A stretch of 64,000 nt of DNA, taken from positions 20,631,662-20,695,661 of the forward strand of contig JARFYF010000001.1 of the NCBI GenBank assembly GCA_030265395.1, given 5' to 3'. Below, in pieces: positions 40,599 through 55,134 of the stretch. Under the pieces are notes generated by a model that was not told where the DNA came from, did no database searches, and saw only the letters and a program-made list of their open reading frames with translations. How positions within the stretch are numbered: the first letter of the stretch is position 1; every line of letters starts with the position of its first letter. The DNA is from Rhina ancylostomus (taxonomy: Eukaryota). A program made the position numbers and the translations under genes.

Positions 40599-41579
40599 TT
40601 GACAGATTTATATCTTCTTTGTTTAGTCATTCTCCCCACTGTCAATGGTATTCGACAACTAATTTCAAAGAAGAGTTTGCATTAGACTTTGTTCTTCAAT
40701 GCTAACCTGAGAAGGAAGAAATTTATATAACTTCTTTATATCATGCTTTTCACTTCAAGGTGTTTCGAAGTTCTTCACAACCAAAGAAATACTTTGCAAT
40801 GTGCTTACTGTCAAGATATAAGAAAGTACCTGTTGATTATGGGCCTGTTGATCCTGGAAGCATGTGATAGGAAAATTCAAACAAAGAGCTTTCTTTACCT
40901 GTCTGTGACACAGAGCCAAGGCATAGTATTTTAATAACCTTTTTGCTCCTTCATTCATAAGCATCAGAGGAACATTATTTATTTTAACAAATATCTATGA
41001 ATCCTGGTATAAGTGTTAGAATTTTGAATTTGTGTGGAGAGTGCATGTAATCATAAATACAAGTGTGAAGAATCTGAAGTTAAATCCTTCAAATTTTTTT
41101 CTCTTTTATCTTGAACTTAGAATGCATCTTGACTTTGGCACATAGCCTTCCTCACAGCCAGCCTGTCTCAATTAAAGTCTCTTCATGACTCAAAGTTTAA
41201 TTGAATTAGTCAATAGTGTAGGAGTGGACCCAGACAAGGGCACACATCACTTGTCTAAGGAGGCGATCAATTAATGTCCACAAGAACTGCAGAGCTTAAA
41301 GCTCTGAAAAATGCTACAAATATTCAGCCTTCAACATATGGGCACAGTTGTAGGAGACCCTGCTTAAGGCAGCCTGTCCTTAATTGAAACTTTAGCATTT
41401 CAGTCTCCCCTATTAAACCCAGCTCTGAAACTCTTTGCCTTTATGTTAATTACTATGATTAAAACCATCAACAATTGGCATCAGATTCCACATATTCAGA
41501 CAAACATCGATTGCCTTTCAGTACAGCCTTCCTTCTTATAGGGAACATTCTGTTTACTTTGCTTAATGTCACAAGTAAC

Positions 41580-41935
41580 GGGCAGCACAGAGGCATAGAT
41601 AATAGGGTCACTGCCTCACAGCACCAGAGATCTGGGGCCATTGCTGATGTCTGATGATGTGCATGTGGAGTTTGCATGTTTTCTTCCTGACCAGGTCAGC
41701 TTCCTTCAGGTGCTTGGGTTTCTTTGCATGTCGCAAACATGTGCTGGTTGGTAAGTCCGTTAGCCACTGTAAATTGCTCCTCATGTGTAGGTGAGTGATA
41801 GAATCTGGGAGAAGTTAATGAGAATGTGGGAAGAATAAAATGGGATTACTGTAGGATTAGAGAAAATGGGTGCTTGATGATTAACGTAGATGGTCGATGG
41901 AAGGGCCTGTGTCCATGCTGTATCCCTCGATGACA
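41580..41935 (+). mobile_element. V-SINE (HE1-like), diverged
   Basis: gggcagcacag...actgcctcacagcaccag head, tggagtttgcatg core, tail gaagggcctgtgtccatgctgtat. Confidence 0.8.
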
Positions 41936-42839
41936 CTAGAACTCTAATTCTGAACCTTTTCCAATTTTCAAGTGATCTCCTATAAATTAGGTTTTGGGAG
42001 ACTTCCGTGGGACACATCTTCCAACATTGCTTCTGCTCCTTCTTTTGACAGTTTTCCTTTTTGACAATAGAGTGATTTTCAAATAAAATCTGAGGGCCAT
42101 ATGGGGAGATGACACCTCGGGTGAACAGAAATTTGGTCAGAGGTGGGTTTTAAGGAGCAGGAGAAATGGACAGGAAGAAAGGTAGGGAGAATATTGCAGG
42201 ACTTTGGGCCGTGGCAGCTGAAGGCACAACTGTGGAATCTGACACCATATTGTTGATGATTTTCATCCACAGGTGAACAGTAAACTATTAAGTACACCAT
42301 AACTGGAGGTGCACCTAGGTAACAGAGCATTGTAGGGCAGGAGGAGATTACTGAGATAGGGAAGAGCATGCCCACGGAAGGATTTTAAGCACAGTATCCA
42401 ATATTCTATATAAGCATGACAGCAGCTTCCCTGCAATTTTTCACCTGCTGTTTCCTTTTCTGAGTCTGTGCAAAAATGATTGACCCATGTTGGTCCAGCA
42501 AGCCACAGAATTATAAAAAAGGACGAGAAGAATAAAGCCCCATTAACCTTGGCATCAAGTTATGATGTAACTGAGACACATCCAGATCAGTTTAAATAAT
42601 AAAGTGTGCCTAACTAACATACCATGCAGCATTGGAAGAGCTGTCCCACATATATGTCAAGCAACAGCCTGAGAATGTCACACATGGAATGTTACTGTCA
42701 GGNNNNNNNNNNNNNNNNNNNNNNNNNNNNNNNNNNNNNNNNNNNNNNNNNNNNNNNNNNNNNNNNNNNNNNNNNNNNNNNNNNNNNNNNNNNNNNNNNN
42801 NNACTGTCAGGCACACATCTGAATCTGCTGGCAGGATCC

Positions 42840-44210
42840 TTGGGTATCCAAACTCACAGGTGTAACAGCACAGTTGAAAGGATGTGACCCATGAAATGCC
42901 CAAAATTGTCCGTGGACTGCCATGAATTCTCATGCCATCAGATTAACATACAGTTGTGCTGCAGGTTACCACATATCACCCTTCCTTGGCTGAAATCACT
43001 GCACTTTGAACAGCAATTGGAACAGGGAACATAGCCTGCATGGGGAACTTCAACGTGCATTGTCATGACCAGGTCAGTAGCATCACGACCAACCAAGCTG
43101 AAGGGCAAGGCTGTCAGGCTTGCAGCAGGTGGTGAGACCACCAAAAGGATGGAAGATTCCACTTGATTCATCTCTTATGTGCACATTTGACATCTGTCCA
43201 TTGTAATACTAGTAAGAGCAAATACTAAACTTTGCCTTCACATTGAGCGCACTATCCATAGCCTATTGTACAGTACTGTCATCAAGCTAAATGGGATAGG
43301 TTTACAACAGATCAAGCTGATTAAGCATGAGGCACAGTGGCCAATAATCAGTTGCAGAATTATATTCTGCCACAATATATCAACATTTTGACTGGCATAT
43401 CACTCAACCTACAATTGCCATCAAGCCAAGGGCCAGTCTTTGTTCAAAGATGAATGAAGTAGGGCATTTTAGGAGTAGGTAGCCAAGTGTACCCATCATG
43501 AAGAACATGTCCATTGAAGCTTAGTGAGGAAATAGGATTGATGGGATTGTCTCAGTGGGCTAACTGCCATCCTTCTCTGTCACAAGAAAATGTAAAATAT
43601 AGCATGTCAGAAGATTAAAACTCAATGCAAAATTTGGCAGGTAGGAAAATTGAAATTGAATATGGCAGCCTACAACATCGTTAAACTCTAAATAGTGGAA
43701 GTAGAATGATGTGACTGATCTCGGCAATCTTTGAGGCCAGGACAACACACCTGCCACACCTTGTTCTGAATGGTTGCTGACAATTAACAAGCAAAGAGTA
43801 GAGGGAGGGGACATAAACATCTCCAAACTCATCAACATCCTTACTGGAGTGCTAATCACCTGTTCTCGAGAACCAGGTGCACTTCTGGCCAAACTGTCCT
43901 CATACAGCCTACAGCATTATTCTTTACACAAGAATGTGAAATGTTACCTGAACTTGTCCTATNNNNNNAGAAACAGGATGGGCAAATAGTGACAATCCGG
44001 GCTTGGAATATATGGGTGGTCCTTCATCATTATTGAGCCAAAATCCTGGGACCTCCTGCATAAAAGCAATGTGCAAGTTCCTGCACCACAATGACTATAG
44101 CAGCTCAAGAATCCAGTTTCCCACCATTTTCTCATGAACAGCTTGGGGATGGGTAATAGATGATGGCCTTGCCAGCAATGCACAAATCTTATTTCAGCTA
44201 AGGATTCAAG
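42840..44210 (+). mobile_element. Highly degraded, internally deleted CR1-group LINE
   Basis: ggggaacttcaacgtgcat (GNFNVH, an APE motif remnant) and a 3' end matching the 37590-37960 family. Confidence 0.55.
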
Positions 44211-44464
44211 CAACCTTGTATACCTCAGAATGGAGATCAAGAAGAAGGGAAACAAATTTCTCACTCAAACTGACCAATTCATGCACCAACACTTTTCTCA
44301 TACAGTTAAGGGTTTTGCTTTGCAGCCTACTTGGCATCAGCATTTCAGTTATGATGTGTCTTCCAGTAACATATTGACCCACCAGCATGCTATACCGACA
44401 ATTTAATGCCTCTGAAACTTTGCTTAAAAATTCCTTTTTGTTCTCCCCCAAGATATTGCACACA

Positions 44465-45300
44465 TAAAACTAAAGAGCTGATTGTTGACTATAGGAAGGG
44501 GAAGGAGTGTGAACATGTGCCAGTTGGTGGTGGAGAGAGTCAGCAGTTTTAAATTCCTAGACATTTACATATTAGATGACCTGTCCTAGGCCCAACACAT
44601 AGATGCAATCACAAAGAAGGCATGTGAATGTCTTTACTCTCTTAGAAAGTTAAGGAGGTTCAGCTTGCCACTGAACACACTAACAAACTTCTACAGGTGT
44701 ACTGTTGAAAGTTTCTTTGGTTGCATCATGGTCTGGTATGGCAATGTGAATGCACAGGAATGTAAGAAGCTGCAGAGAGTAGTGAACCCTGCCCAATATA
44801 TCACTGGCGCATCCCTCTCCACCATCGGTNNNNNNNNNNGTAGTATCTTCATGAGGGGCTACCTCAAGAAGGCAACATCTATCATCAAAGATCCCCACCA
44901 TCCATCTAAGATGGATGGATGGATAGATGGCCACACCATGTTCTCACAGTTACCACTGGGCAGGAGGTACAGAAGCCTGAAGTCCCTCATCACCAGGTTC
45001 AAGAACAGCTACTTCCCTTCAACCATTCAGTTCTTAAACCAACTGGCACAACTCTAATCACTACAATATAGCAACATTATGACCACTTTGATCACCTGAC
45101 ACTAAAATGGACTTTGATTTTCTTTGTTCCACTTGTATTCTTTCTTGTAAAAATTGTATAAAATTTACATTTAATTTATGTGTGACTTGTGAATGCTGCT
45201 TATATGATGCTATGTGCCTGTGATGCTGCTGCAAGTAGATTTTTCATTGCGCCTGTACAGACATGTATTTGTACATACGACAATAAACTTGACTTTGTAT
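44465..45300 (+). mobile_element. Rex1/Babar-clade LINE 3' part
   Basis: Motifs KTKELIVDYRK, FYRCTVES, VWYGN and GRRYRSLKS...FKNSYFP; 3' UTR ends aataaacttgactttg. Confidence 0.88.
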
Positions 45301-45404
45301 TTACAACACCACTAATACTGGTGATTGTTTCTATATTTCTTATTTTTGTTACAGGCTTCAATTCCAGTCTTAGAAGTTATTTTAATCTTCCATTGATATA
45401 AGCC

Positions 45405-45717
45405 TTGTATGGAGGCTCCAATGCACAGGATTGCAAGAGGCTGGCCTCTTCTTATTGCTACCATCAGGAAGGAGGTACAGGAGCCTGAAGACCCACACTC
45501 AAGGATTCAGAAACAGCTTCTTCCCCTCCACCATCAGATTTTTGAATGTCCATGAACCCATCAATACTGCCTTGTTATTACTTTTTTTGCACTATTTATT
45601 TATTTTTGTAATTTATAGCAATTTTATTTTTTGCACTGTACTGCTGCCACAAAACAACAAATTTCACTTCACCTAAGTCAGTGATATTAAATCTGATTCT
45701 GAAATCTGATTCTGATT
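45405..45717 (+). mobile_element. Rex1/Babar-clade LINE 3' fragment with internal deletion
   Basis: Peptide LPSGRRYRSLKTHTQGFRNSFFP; tail tctgattctgattc. Confidence 0.8.
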
Positions 45718-47456
45718 CATTGCCTTATGTGAAGAACTTTGTCAGTCAGTCCATAAGAATTAACAAGTGCTGCGACTTAAATCTGTGTACGGGGGTAATT
45801 TTATGACTTTGCATTCCCTGAAGAGGGCTTTGTCTTCCCAGAGCACATTTTAAAATATAGAGACAAAACTTTTGGACTAGTAATTATAAGCCAGTCAGAA
45901 ATTATCTGAAGTTTGTGTCCAGACTTTTGATTTGGCAGCTGGCTGATAAGGTGCCCAACAGGCAAGCAAAAACTGGAAAACAAATGTTATGAAGAAACAA
46001 CACAAGTTTCAGATTTCAGATATGAATGATCAACTAAATTCTATATTGGCTACAGTCCTAAATAAGAGTAATCTAAAGTTTGAAAAGTATTTAAAAATAA
46101 AGAGAAAAGAAGGCCATTATTGTATTCCAATTTCTTTTGGCTTGGAACTAGAAATTTACAAGCACCTGCACTTCAGTATATACTTGGCAACAGGAGAAAT
46201 TTTGCTCTTAGTCATCAACTGATTATCCTCTTAAAATAAATAGATCTTTGTGACACTAAAGAGAAAGATTATTTAAAGGTTTTTGTATCTTGTGTTCAGA
46301 ATTGTGCATTATGCAGTATAACATTCCTTCTGTTATAAAACAACATACTGGCTGACTTGATATCGATGATTATATGAACGAAATGTTTATACTGGATAAA
46401 TTGATATTACTTATATGAACCATGGAAGCAAACAAGACCATTTGGCCTGTGATATTTATACTGGATTACAACTGAGAAATAAATATTGAACTGGACTCCA
46501 CCAAAGCATTGTTTCTGCTTCATGTATTTACCTGCTTTTCTCTCAGATGGCCCCGCCTCAAGCATTCCATGTAGTAAAGCATGCCATGCTGTAATAGCCT
46601 TCTGCATTAAGCTATTGTTCATAACTGTGCTCCACACACCTGCCCCCACCCCATCTTTCTTTTGGTGATAACTTTAAGTTGTAGTACATTCATCACTGGC
46701 TGGCCAAACAGAGGAAATGTGCTTTCCCTATTAACCCCATTAAAAGCCCTCAAAATTTTACAAACATCTACTAAATCTATTCCTTTCTGTTGCAATATGA
46801 AGCCTATCTCATGAGTCTCTCCTCATAAATATAGTTTCCCAAACTAGTTTTGCCCTCATTATACGTGTTCATTCCTTACACTGAAAGTGAAATATTACTA
46901 GCTAGCCGAAAAGGAATTGGTAATGTGGTTTTCACTTTATAATCATGCAAAAAATCCATGTCATTTCTATTCAGGAACAATCATCTGGACTTCATTTGTT
47001 TTAAACTACACCTTCATCCTTTTATATACCACACTTTAAAGTTATTCATTAAAGGGGAATTGAAAAAAGTGTATAGCTCCTTCATTTATTAACTATTTCC
47101 AACAAATGGACCTGAAAATTAAGAAAGACAGTCAAAGATTTATACTTAAGGCAGGTTTTTTTATTCCAGCACCTGGCACTATTGCATTGTTTGCAGGCAG
47201 TGAATATAGGATTATAAAGCAGGGAAACATGGGCATTCTTAAGGGAAACAAGTTAAGTTCCGATCATTAATTTAGCCCTTTAATTTAAAGAACTGGAAAG
47301 CTACAATTATGGCATAACTTTTTTTGAAAGGATAAACAGAAGGATAGACTGAGTAATTGCAGGTCAAGCAGAGAAACATCACTGGTGGGAGAATTATTGG
47401 AAAAAATGTGAGCAAAGGTATAAATCATTATTTTAAAAGACACGTATTGATCTAGT

Positions 47457-47648
47457 GGGGCAACATGGTAGCTAGCTGAGCTGCTACCTCACAGCTCCAG
47501 TGATCTGAGCACTGGTAATCTCTGTGTGGAGTTTGCATGTCCTTCCTGTGACCATGTTGGTTCTCTCTGGGTGCTCCAGTTTCCTCCTACATCCCAAAGG
47601 ATTGTGGGTTGGTAGGTTAATTGGCCAATGTAAACTGCCTGTAATGTG

Positions 47649-47650
<2 letters not shown>
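47457..47650 (+). mobile_element. V-SINE fragment followed by (CT)n
   Basis: ctgctacctcacagctccag...tggagtttgcatg...gggtgctccagtttcctcc; (CT)n microsatellite at ~47650-47677. Confidence 0.75.
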
Positions 47651-47680
<30 letters not shown>

Positions 47681-48794
47681 CATATCAATGATTTTGACAA
47701 ATGCAAAAGCTACAATCGGTATGGTTGCAAAAACTGCAAAAATGCTTGTGCATTTCCTATTCAAGTACCAATCCCCAGCAGAAAGGGACATGGATATATG
47801 CAGAAGTAGTTGAAGGGAGCTAAAAGTCACATAAGGAGATGGGGTGTTTGGAATTTATCACCTAGAGGTCTGGTGGAGGAGAAAACCTCATCAAATTTAA
47901 AGAGTGCCTGGATGAGCAATAAATGTAACAAAATGAGTGAGAGCTGTAGGTTTGCATGACTACATTTTTTTCAGACCAATTAAACACCCATATTCCAAGT
48001 TGTGTAACAATGCTAGAATTAGATGGTAGGATAACTTTCAACTTAAATAAAAACTGGTGATTAAAGCTTGCCCTTTTCTTATAGAAACATTTCAACGGGC
48101 ATTTCCATTTATTTCAATGAATTATAAAATGTCTCTGATTCTGGAAAGGAAAGGTGATATACAAAATTGCTTCACACCTGAATGACAAGTTGACAATCCA
48201 AACCATAGGAGACAGGTTTGACCTTTGCCAATAGTGTGAAACTAATGATATCATTTCAGCACCTGTTGGACATCTCTCCTGATCTTTGGCCCCCTTGAGC
48301 TCCATAAAGCAAAAGCAAGGAAAGGTTAATAATATCCATCTGATCAGGTATTGCCCCTTTTTCACTATCACTAATGGTTAAATTAAAACACTGCTCCATC
48401 ACCACTACCTCTACTGTGGCGATACTATGGAGTGGAACGCAATGCATTGGTCAGGTATGAATACTTCTCTCACAAATTCTGATCGTCTCCAGGGAAGACG
48501 TGTTCTCATCTTTCCTGAGTTCACCTGATTCTTTTTCTCATGTGAAAAACTGAGAGATTACTCCTTTTGTTCCAGTGAAATAATACATGTCGCATATCAA
48601 CATCTTGCTTTTTGTAGAGAAAAGTACCAGTGTAAATCTTTTGGGCCAAATGTTTGTTTGCTTTGATATAACATTCTATGAGACAAAACTCTGCAAAATA
48701 TTAGGAAGACTAATCTTCTCATGCTGCAACTTCACTACAAAGTTTTTCACTGTACCTCAGTACGTGACAATATGAAAACAATTTGCAATTTACA

Positions 48795-49113
48795 CCCAGA
48801 ATCAACAGTTCTTTTCATTATCCAAGTTAACCAATACCAGAGGGCGTGCATTTAAGGTGAGAGGGGGTAGGTTCAGAAGAGATATGATGGGTAAGTTTTT
48901 ACTCAGAGAATGGTGGGTGCCTGGAATGCATTGCCTGATAGGGTAGTGGAGACTCATTCATTGGAAGCTTTTAAGAGGGGCTTGGATGGGCACATGAATG
49001 AGAGGAAAATGGAGGGATATGAGCCTTCTGTATGTAGGAAGGATTAGCTATGTCGGCACAATATTATGGGCCAAAGGGGCTGTTCTGTGCTCTACTGTTC
49101 TATGTTCTATGTT
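48795..49113 (+). mobile_element. CR1 LINE 3' end
   Basis: accagagggcgtgcatttaaggtgagaggg...gcctggaatgcattgcctg; (ttctatg)n tail. Confidence 0.88.
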
Positions 49114-49559
49114 CAGCTTATGATCTGCATCAGATTTGTTGAAACTTTTGTGCTTGTTATTTTCCAGTGCCCAGACTTTAAACACTGAAAATAAACTCCA
49201 CAGTGAAGAATAATTTTAGCATATTTTCTGAAAATAAAATGGTCTTGTATTGCATGATCACTCACAGAGCCAGCCGCTAAGCTAATTTGAAGCATGCACC
49301 TGGGCCATTGTCATATGATGGCATTGAGCCAGCTGCTTCTTCCAAGGCTAATACTGATAAGTTTGAGAATACCTTAAAGTAAAATCAAGTGTAAGAGGTT
49401 TTGCAATATCAGCTACTCTGTGTGTTGGAGATTAACACAGCATAACACTGATACAAAGGATTTGAATTAAAGAATTAGTGTGTGACTGTATTAACAACTA
49501 CATTGCTAGTTGCAATAGTCATGAAGCTAGTCATAATAGTTGAAGTAATAGTGAACTAT

Positions 49560-50500
49560 AAATATCACAGAATCATACAATTTAGTACAAAATGAATCCG
49601 TGTGGCACTTTTCCCTTAGATCTGCCCCTGTAATCTCCTTTCTCTATTCTTTCCTTGTAGTCTTTAATATTTTTTGCTTTACATATGTTTATCTAATTTC
49701 TTATTCACTGTGGTGATTGACCTGTGGTAATGCATTTCATACTCTAATAGCCCATTGCATGAAAATATCTTCCTAATCTCCTGCCTTGCGCCTCCAGAGC
49801 TATTGTTGAGTTTAATGCGCCCCAGGACTTTAAGCCCTTTCTTCATTTCAATTAGATTCCCCACCCCTCACTTAACCTACTCTGTTGCACTGAGGATAGC
49901 CTTAGATATTTTTAATGGCTTTCCTCATAAATAGATTTTCTCATCTAGTGAAATCATCCCACGTTGCTAATCTTTTCCAAGGGTCAGATAGCCTTACTGT
50001 AGTGAGCCTAACCAATGCCTTTTTTATTATCATTTCCTTGAGTTATATTCACTGCCCATTCCATAAAATCCAAAATCCTAATTGCTTTTGACATCCTTTC
50101 AACCACCCATGATTTGAATATCAGTACCCCAAGATCTCTGTTATGAATCATGCCATTGTAAGTATATTTCCATAATAAATATTGATCTCCAGTGCTGTAT
50201 GACTGAGACAGAATACAACATATTTCATTAAATGTAACTCTTTTTCTACACATATTCTTATTCTGAATTTTGTGGTGAATCATTTTTCAGCATCAGAAAA
50301 TCTGTAATTTTTTTGTAAAAATGATATAGTTTTTTTGTCTCTGAACAACTTTCATATTATCCATGGCTGATGGCCACAGATTACATTTTAATCAAACCAG
50401 TCTGCATTGAATGACTTTCCTGCCTTAGTCCACAGCATGTTCTGATGATGATTGTGGTGGACTGCCATTACTGAAAGTCGTTCTAATGAATGTGACCACA
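49560..50500 (-). mobile_element. Very old CR1 LINE fragment
   Basis: Tail atcacagaatcatac, peptide RDLGVLI (ORF 50008-50283) and scattered RT remnants. Confidence 0.5.
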
Positions 50501-53500
50501 TGAATGTGAATAGTTGATTGAGTCCAAGGCAAATTAATTCAAATATATCAGTAATATAGTAAATGTTAATTGAGATATTAATTACACATTTCAGTGTCAA
50601 TTGTGTTGGAAACATTCAATTAGTGCATTACAGAATAAACAATATGTTAAATTTACATTTAATCTTTAAAATACTACACACAGCACAAAAATAATCATCA
50701 GTGTTAATCATAATATCTGCGGTGATTTTCATAAATTTACATTAAAGCTGCCAAAAAAAGTCAGAGTAGTTAAACATATCTTGTTAAACATTCTTGTAAG
50801 AAAGTAGCCTTTGTATGTGAAACATTGCTGCCGGAATTTATTGTCAATTCCTAATTATCCATTAGAAGATGATGGAGAGAAACCCCTTTGAATTGCTGTG
50901 ATCCTTGACAATAATATTTTTGTATGATATTTGGAAATAAATGTTTGGGTTAAATAACCAGCACCTTGTACCCCAGTGGCGAATTGGTGGATGTTCTCGA
51001 TGAGTGAGAAAGGAAGAGGGAACTCGGAGGTGCTTTGTTCCACTGTTTTGTTGGATGATCACAACCCTGCATGGGTCTTTGCCTCATTCTACATTTGAAA
51101 AGGGAGTAAAACAAAGCCCTTACACAGTGTTCCTGTTAAGTGTTGCTTCTTTTTTTTCTTCAGCATACCTATCCCACCAATCAACACTGGACACTGCATT
51201 ACAATTCTCCTGTTCCTTGTGATGAAGGAAATAAGCTCCAAATGTTTCAGAAGAAATTCTGTAGTAATTAAATGCATAATTGGTGCAGCTAAATTTTTTC
51301 ATCTTTTCTGTAATTTAATCTAGCGCAACTTGCAGAAATGTTTGATCTACCCCTGTCCAATTGTATTGTTCAATGATTTTAGATTAGGCTAAAATCAGGA
51401 TTTAATTAATGCTCTGAGAATATTGAGCTAAATCATTTGCCTTTCTTCTTCCAAACTACCCAGTGGAGCATATATACAAGTGTACAGTGTTTCCAGTGTC
51501 AAATGTTGTCACCCACTACATTCATGTGCCCAAACAAACAAAATAATTTCCACTTATTTCTGTGGAAAGGAGCAGATGCAGTGGGAGAACTGAATGAAAT
51601 TGGCAGTAAATCTTACAATCATTTAAATTGTATTGGCTCTGAATTAGTCCCAGTTTGAAAGCTTCCAAATTCTGGGGTTTACGTAATGCTACAAGTAATC
51701 TTCAGCACACAATTTGACAAATTTACTCTGGAAACAGTAAGCAAGTGTAAAAAGCAAATAAAAGCAGCATTATCAGAATTGGAAACCAAGTACCTGGCTG
51801 GAATATGTTTACTCTTTAAAGTGAATGTGAAATTGTTCATGGAATACCTCATTATGTCTTACCTTGTCAAATATGATAAACTATTTGAACCAATGCTGAG
51901 ATTCATTACTCGCCAGCTTCAGGGTGGTCTTCGCCTTCTGCGAACTTCAACATTCATTCCGCCTAAAACTAAACCCCAGATTACTCATCACCCAGATCTT
52001 TGCTGACCATTGCCCCAATTGTGCTAAATTTGAAACTGTTTCACCTTCTGATCTTCCCTCCATATTTGGAATCTCTTCTGGCCTTACATATTCTTTTGTT
52101 CTTAGTATTAGCACGAACATTACTGGAAAAGACAAGTCATTTTTGCCTTATTCTCTGGCAGACTCTCCCTGAACACTAACATCTCCCTGAATTTTTAGAA
52201 CTTTTCTTAGAAGTGATTCTCTTGGCCCTGCTTTCAATGACCTCATCCTCCATGGTAGCCACCTGGTTCCATTTCTGAATTCCTTGTAACATCTATTGCT
52301 GCTGTTGGTGGTGCTGCTACTTCATTCTCTGGTGGGAGGCTTTGGTACCAAACTTTATTGCATGCTTCCTCTAAATGGACATTCCTGGCTGGAGATGACA
52401 TCGAAAACCATGATGAAATCATTCACACTCAAGCAATGCCAACTTCTAAAATCACCAGTAAAAAAGATATACAAAGAAAATGGAATTGTTTAATGCATTT
52501 ATTTTCATTAGAGTGAGGTGATCTAAGCAAGTGGTAGAAATCATCCCTTAAATGCTAGAGATCATTCAGATCAAGAAAAAAAATGAACTAATCATGTTAG
52601 GACACCTTTGGTTTCTTGCACTGAATCATGACTTCCACCTGCTAGACAAAGGATAAAAAGCTAAATAACAAATTCATCGAATAAAGACTTGAAAAATTGC
52701 TTCAGTTCCAACTTGAGGCTGAGAAAAGAACAATAATGAAGGCTATGCAGCCTTTAACCTTTTCAACCTGTACCTCCCTACACTAATAGTTGGCAACAGT
52801 AAAACAGACACAGCGAGGTTACTGTTCTGCTTCTGAGAAAAACCTTTCAAGGATTAAATTGTCCTTTTAAATAGGAAGTGAAAGTCATTTAAAGTAAATT
52901 AATGGGGGAGGGATGCACCTATTCTGGGTGGTAAAACTCAGCCATTTAACCTGTAATCTGGAAACATCTGCAAAGAATTATCTGTAGCACTGAAAATATA
53001 ATTGTTATTTGAAACATCAATCACAACTGAGAAAGGCCTTTCCTAAAACAAACCTAACTTGTGTTTTTTTTGCCATAAATACAAAAGCAAAGCATAATTC
53101 TTTTTAATGTAAACGTCAAAGAATTTTGCTGTGACAAATTAAGAAGGTAAGGGGAAAGGGTTACAATGTTGGGAATGTTGCCAATCTACATGAATTCTTT
53201 AGTGCAACACTGACATTTATTATTTCAAGACCAAGTCAGCTGCTATACATTTTATAAATTAGCTTCTACGGTTTCTTCTGTTCTTTTGAAAATGTGCAGA
53301 TTGTAACAGAGTTTTGAGCTGAGAACCCAGCCCATGCAGAAAAGAGAAAGCTTTAAAGAGATCCCACAGCTGTGAAAACACAGGCCGGGGGCTGTGTGTA
53401 AGAGCACATCAAACAGCTGCTTCAGGTGACTGAACACCTTGAGTCCCATTCATCAAGTGCTGTTTACTCTAGCTGACAGGCCAGACATCGAGAATTACCT

Positions 53501-55134
53501 CTCAGCTCTGTGGTATGTGTATAAGAGAAAGTGTTACTCATTGTGCCATGCATATATTTGCTGAGGTGAGTCCTTTAAGAGATACTTTCGTATGTCATTT
53601 GACAAACACCTCATTTTTTTTCTCTGAGACTGTGTTCAAACACTCACGGGTAGGTTAATTTCAATGAACTGTGTCCACTAAAGATATTTATAGAATTACA
53701 GTTTAAACTTCGGAGATGCAGCATCAGATGTTACTACTGCACTTTTTTTCACCTAATGCTTATTTTTTGCTGAGATTTGGGGCCTCTGTTTTGACTAGAA
53801 GATGATTTTAATTTAATCTTCTAATAAACAGAACAAAGCAAGAATGCATAGGATGTTTTTGTACATTCCTTGTGAGCACTGAAAGGTAATAATTATGAAA
53901 TAATGTTTCTACAGATAAGTGTCACATATGAAGGGTTGAAGCTGAGGTTTGGGGAGGACCTCCAGAGTAAAACAAGGAAATTTCACTTATAATACATACA
54001 CATAAATGACACTGGATATTTGAGATTCATTGTATGGATACATGATTCATTGTCTAAATACTCTGTATAATCTTGTGGCCCTGGAAACACATATTTTCAA
54101 TGGGAGGCACAAGAATGCCATGTAATTCTTGTATTAGAAATAGACAAAATTACTTAGTCGCAAAATTAAAATGTGCATCAGGGTAAACCATTTACTTTGA
54201 GATGAAGTACAAGAAACAAGAGATTATGAAAAATAAAGTGACATTAGCCCACAAAACTCATGGAAGTCTTGAATAATTAATATCAAATATAAACTAGTCG
54301 GTGATATACAATGCCAAAATTGTGAACAGTTTGTTTTGCTTCTTTTATCATTTACAAAGATGCTGCTATATTTTCTATTAATTAAAATACTTGTAACTCT
54401 TTGCAAGGTTATTGAAAAGTGAAATTTAATTCTAGAGCAATAATTAAAAAATAGTAAACAATTTTTAAGGAGAAATAGAACAATTGACGAGTCTATTATT
54501 GTTTTCCTGATTTCCATAAAATTACCTGGATGCAATATTAAATCTAATAACTGTTCAGACAGGAATTTTCCTAGACTTTTAATGAACCCAAATAAAAGAG
54601 CTGATATTTGACTGAAATATGCTGATGGCTTGCCAACTTGAACCATTCCATAAGTTGCTGAGCCAAAGGATGAGTTACACTTCATATCTGATCCCATAGC
54701 TTTAGGTCACCCACAACTAGTGATGCTCCAGCAGCTCCATTCATTTAGAAAGTAATTTCAGGTAAGTTTTGTTTATTTTTCTTCATTTCATTGTAAATTT
54801 ATATCTTTAATTAAGGAACAAGAGTGCTTCTAAATAAATGTATCAACTTCAATTTTCAAAATTTCAGATGTTTTTAATTACTTTGTGTATTTTAATTTGA
54901 TAATCAGACACATATGGAAACAACAGGGAAATGAAAGCCTTTGACAGCATGAGCTGTCAGAGAGCCATCAGCTTGATCTGTGGGCAGAGCCTTAATTTCT
55001 ACTATCCAGTCAGAGCCCTCTGTGCCTTGCGGAAGATCTGCATTGGCAATGCCAACAATGCATTGAGAAGTGTACAACTGTAACAAGTTAATACAGTCAT
55101 GACGCCAGCACAGACAATAGTTTTTCCACTTCAA

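Noticed and set aside
54224-54697. 157-aa minus-strand ORF
   Set aside because: AT-rich, with no recognisable domain or splice context; probably chance.
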